The notes under the pieces: generated by a model
Seen by the model: only the letters and a program-made list of their open reading frames with translations
The model's database searches: none
What the model was told of the DNA's origin: nothing
DNA from: Eledone cirrhosa
Taxonomy: Eukaryota
Length of the DNA: 64,000 nt
Direction: 5' to 3'
Assembly: GCA_964016885.1 (NCBI GenBank)
Contig: OZ024743.1
Span: 138,384,001-138,448,000 of the forward strand
Shown here: piece by piece, positions 62,601 to 64,000 of the stretch
Position numbering within the stretch: position 1 is the stretch's first letter
Layout: each line of letters opens with the position of its first letter
Made by a program: the position numbers and the translations under genes

Positions 62601-62769
62601 GTGAATGGTGCTTGGTGTTTGGTGCTTGGTGTTTGGTGCTTGGTGCTTGGTGCTTGGTGTTTGGTGCTTGATGCTTGGTGCTTGGTGTTTGGTGCTGGGT
62701 GCTTGGTGTTTGGTGATTGGTGCTTGGTTTTTGGTGCTTGGTGTTTGTTGTTTGGTGCTTGGTGCTTGG

Positions 62770-64000
62770 TGTTTGGTGCTTGGTGATTGGTGCTTGGTGT
62801 TTGGTGCTTGGTGCTTGGTGTTTGGTGCTAGGTGCTTGGTGCTTGGTGCTTGGTGTTTGGTGTTTGGTGCTTGGTACTTGGGGCTTGGTGTTTGGTGCTT
62901 GGTGCTTCGTGTTTGGTGTTTGGTGCTTGGTGCTTGGTGTTTGGTGTTTGGTGCTTGGTGTTTGGTGCTTGGTGCTTGGTGCTTGGTGCTTGGTGTTTGG
63001 TGCTTGGTGCTTGGTGCTTTGTGTTTGGTGATTGGTGTTTGGTGTTTGGTGCTTGGTGCTTGGTGTTTGGTGCTTGGTGCTTGGTGATTAGTGTTTGGTG
63101 CTTGGTGCTTGGGGTTTGGTGTTTGGTGCTTGGTGCTTGGTGCTTGGTGCTTGGTTCTTGGTGTTTGGTGGTCGGTGCTTGGTGCTTGGTGTTTGGTGCT
63201 TGGTGCTTGGTGTTTGGTGCTTGGTGTTTGGTGCTTGGTGTTTGGTGCTTGGTGCTTGGTGCTTGGTGCATGGTGCTTGGTGTTTGGTGCTTGGTGTTTG
63301 GTGCTTGGTGTTAGGAGTTTGGTGCTTGGTGCTTGGTGTTTGGTGTTTGGTGCTTGGTATTTGGTGCTTAGTGATTGGTGTTTGGTGTTTGGTGCTTGGT
63401 GTTTGGTGCTTGCTACGTGGTGCTTGGTGCTTGGTGTTAGGTGTTTGGTGCTTGGTGCGTGGTGTTTGGTTTTTGGTGCTTGGTGCTTGGTGTTTGGTGA
63501 TTGGTGCTTGCTGCTGGCTGCTTGGTGTTTGGTGCTTGGTGAATGGTGCTTGGTGTTTGGTGCTTGGTGTTTTGTGTTTGGTGCTAGGTGCTTGGTGCTT
63601 GGTGTTTGGTGATGATTGGTGCTTGGTGTTTGGTGTTTGGTGCTTGGTGCTTGGTGTTTGGTGCTTGGTGCTGGGTGGTTGGTGTTTGGTGCTTGGTGTT
63701 TGGTGCTGGGTGCTTGGTGTTAGTGATTGGTGCTTGGTCTTTGGTGCTTGGTGTTTGTTGTTTGGTGCTTGGTGCTTGGTGCTTGGTGTTTGGTGCTTGG
63801 TGCTTGGTGTTTGGTGCTTGGTGCTTAGTGTTTGGTGCTAGGTGCTTGGGGTTTGGTGTTTAGTGCTTGGTGCTTGGTGTTTGGTGCTTGGTGCTTGGTG
63901 CTTGGTCTTTGGTGTTTGGTGTTTAGTGCTTGGTGCTTGGTGCTTGGTGTTTGGTGCTTGGTGCTTGGTGCATTGTGATTAGTGTTTGGTGCTTGGTGCT
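62770..64000 (+). repeat. Near-identical copy of ~59340-60570 (offset 3430 = 490x7)
   Basis: Shared rare variants GGTGGTCGG (~59740/63170), CTTAGTGATTGG, GGTGAATGG (~60110/63540) and GTTAGTGATTGG. ORFs 60158 and 63588 are identical. Confidence 0.92.

Larger units (their letters stand above)
1..64000 (+). repeat. Heptameric satellite DNA array (TTGGTGY)n, ~9,100 monomers, running off both window ends
   Basis: Every line parses into TTGGTGC/TTGGTGT monomers or variants with 1-3 substitutions (TTGCTGT, TTGTTGT, TAGGTGY, TTGATGC, TTGGTGA, TTGGTAC). No inversion or non-repeat insert seen. The + strand is G/T-rich and almost devoid of A. Confidence 0.99.
45900..64000 (+). repeat. Right-hand satellite domain built from reshuffled kb-scale blocks with private markers
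   Basis: ORF offsets 2364 (47204/49568), 5354-5214 (48796/54150, 49568/54859, 50307/55521), 8140-8015 (48796/56936, 49568/57590, 50902/58952, 52108/60158) and 3430 (59402/62832, 60158/63588). Markers CTTGATTC, TTAGGTGTTAGG, CTTCATGC, GCTTCCTGC and GTATCGTG were seen only here. Confidence 0.88.

Noticed and set aside
1-64000. CRISPR array or other repeat-spacer system
   Set aside because: There are no unique spacers, leader or cas genes. Sequence between landmarks is the same 7-mer repeat.
1-64000. Cyanobacterial STRR heptamer repeats or a bacterial VNTR/contingency locus
   Set aside because: Those are typically short tracts among genes. A gene-free array of at least 64 kb with higher-order structure does not fit, although the source organism is unknown.
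1-64000. Pure sequencing/basecalling artefact or synthetic binary-encoded DNA
   Set aside because: Rare variants recur in conserved order with nested duplications and private SNPs, as expected of an evolving satellite. Copy numbers of individual blocks could still be mis-assembled.
1-64000. Canonical G-quadruplex array, hairpins, terminators or structured RNA genes
   Set aside because: G-runs are mostly GG with isolated GGG/GGGG, so at most weak two-tier G4s could form. The near absence of A and of inverted copies precludes stable Watson-Crick stems.

Overview
The whole 64 kb window is one uninterrupted, single-orientation tandem array of a 7-bp unit, TTGGTGY (TTGGTGC and TTGGTGT intermixed; reverse strand RCACCAA), about 9,100 monomers. 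I see no unique sequence, credible gene, RNA gene, transposon or CRISPR array. All listed ORFs are translation artefacts of a 7-bp period, which gives the same heptapeptide (LVLGAWC-like on +, TKHQAPS-like on -) in every frame. The informative signal is hierarchical. Rare variant monomers define a kb-scale module that recurs throughout and has been re-amplified into nested higher-order repeats: 1.42 kb inside ~7.1 kb at left, 2.1-3.3 kb units at 18-34 kb, and 2.4/3.4/5.3/8.0 kb-offset copies at right. Each domain has its own markers and the 7-bp phase is almost always kept. This best fits a eukaryotic heterochromatic satellite (centromeric, pericentromeric or subtelomeric). The organism and function cannot be determined from the sequence alone. 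Coordinates and counts were read by eye and from ORF-track offsets, and boundaries are approximate.
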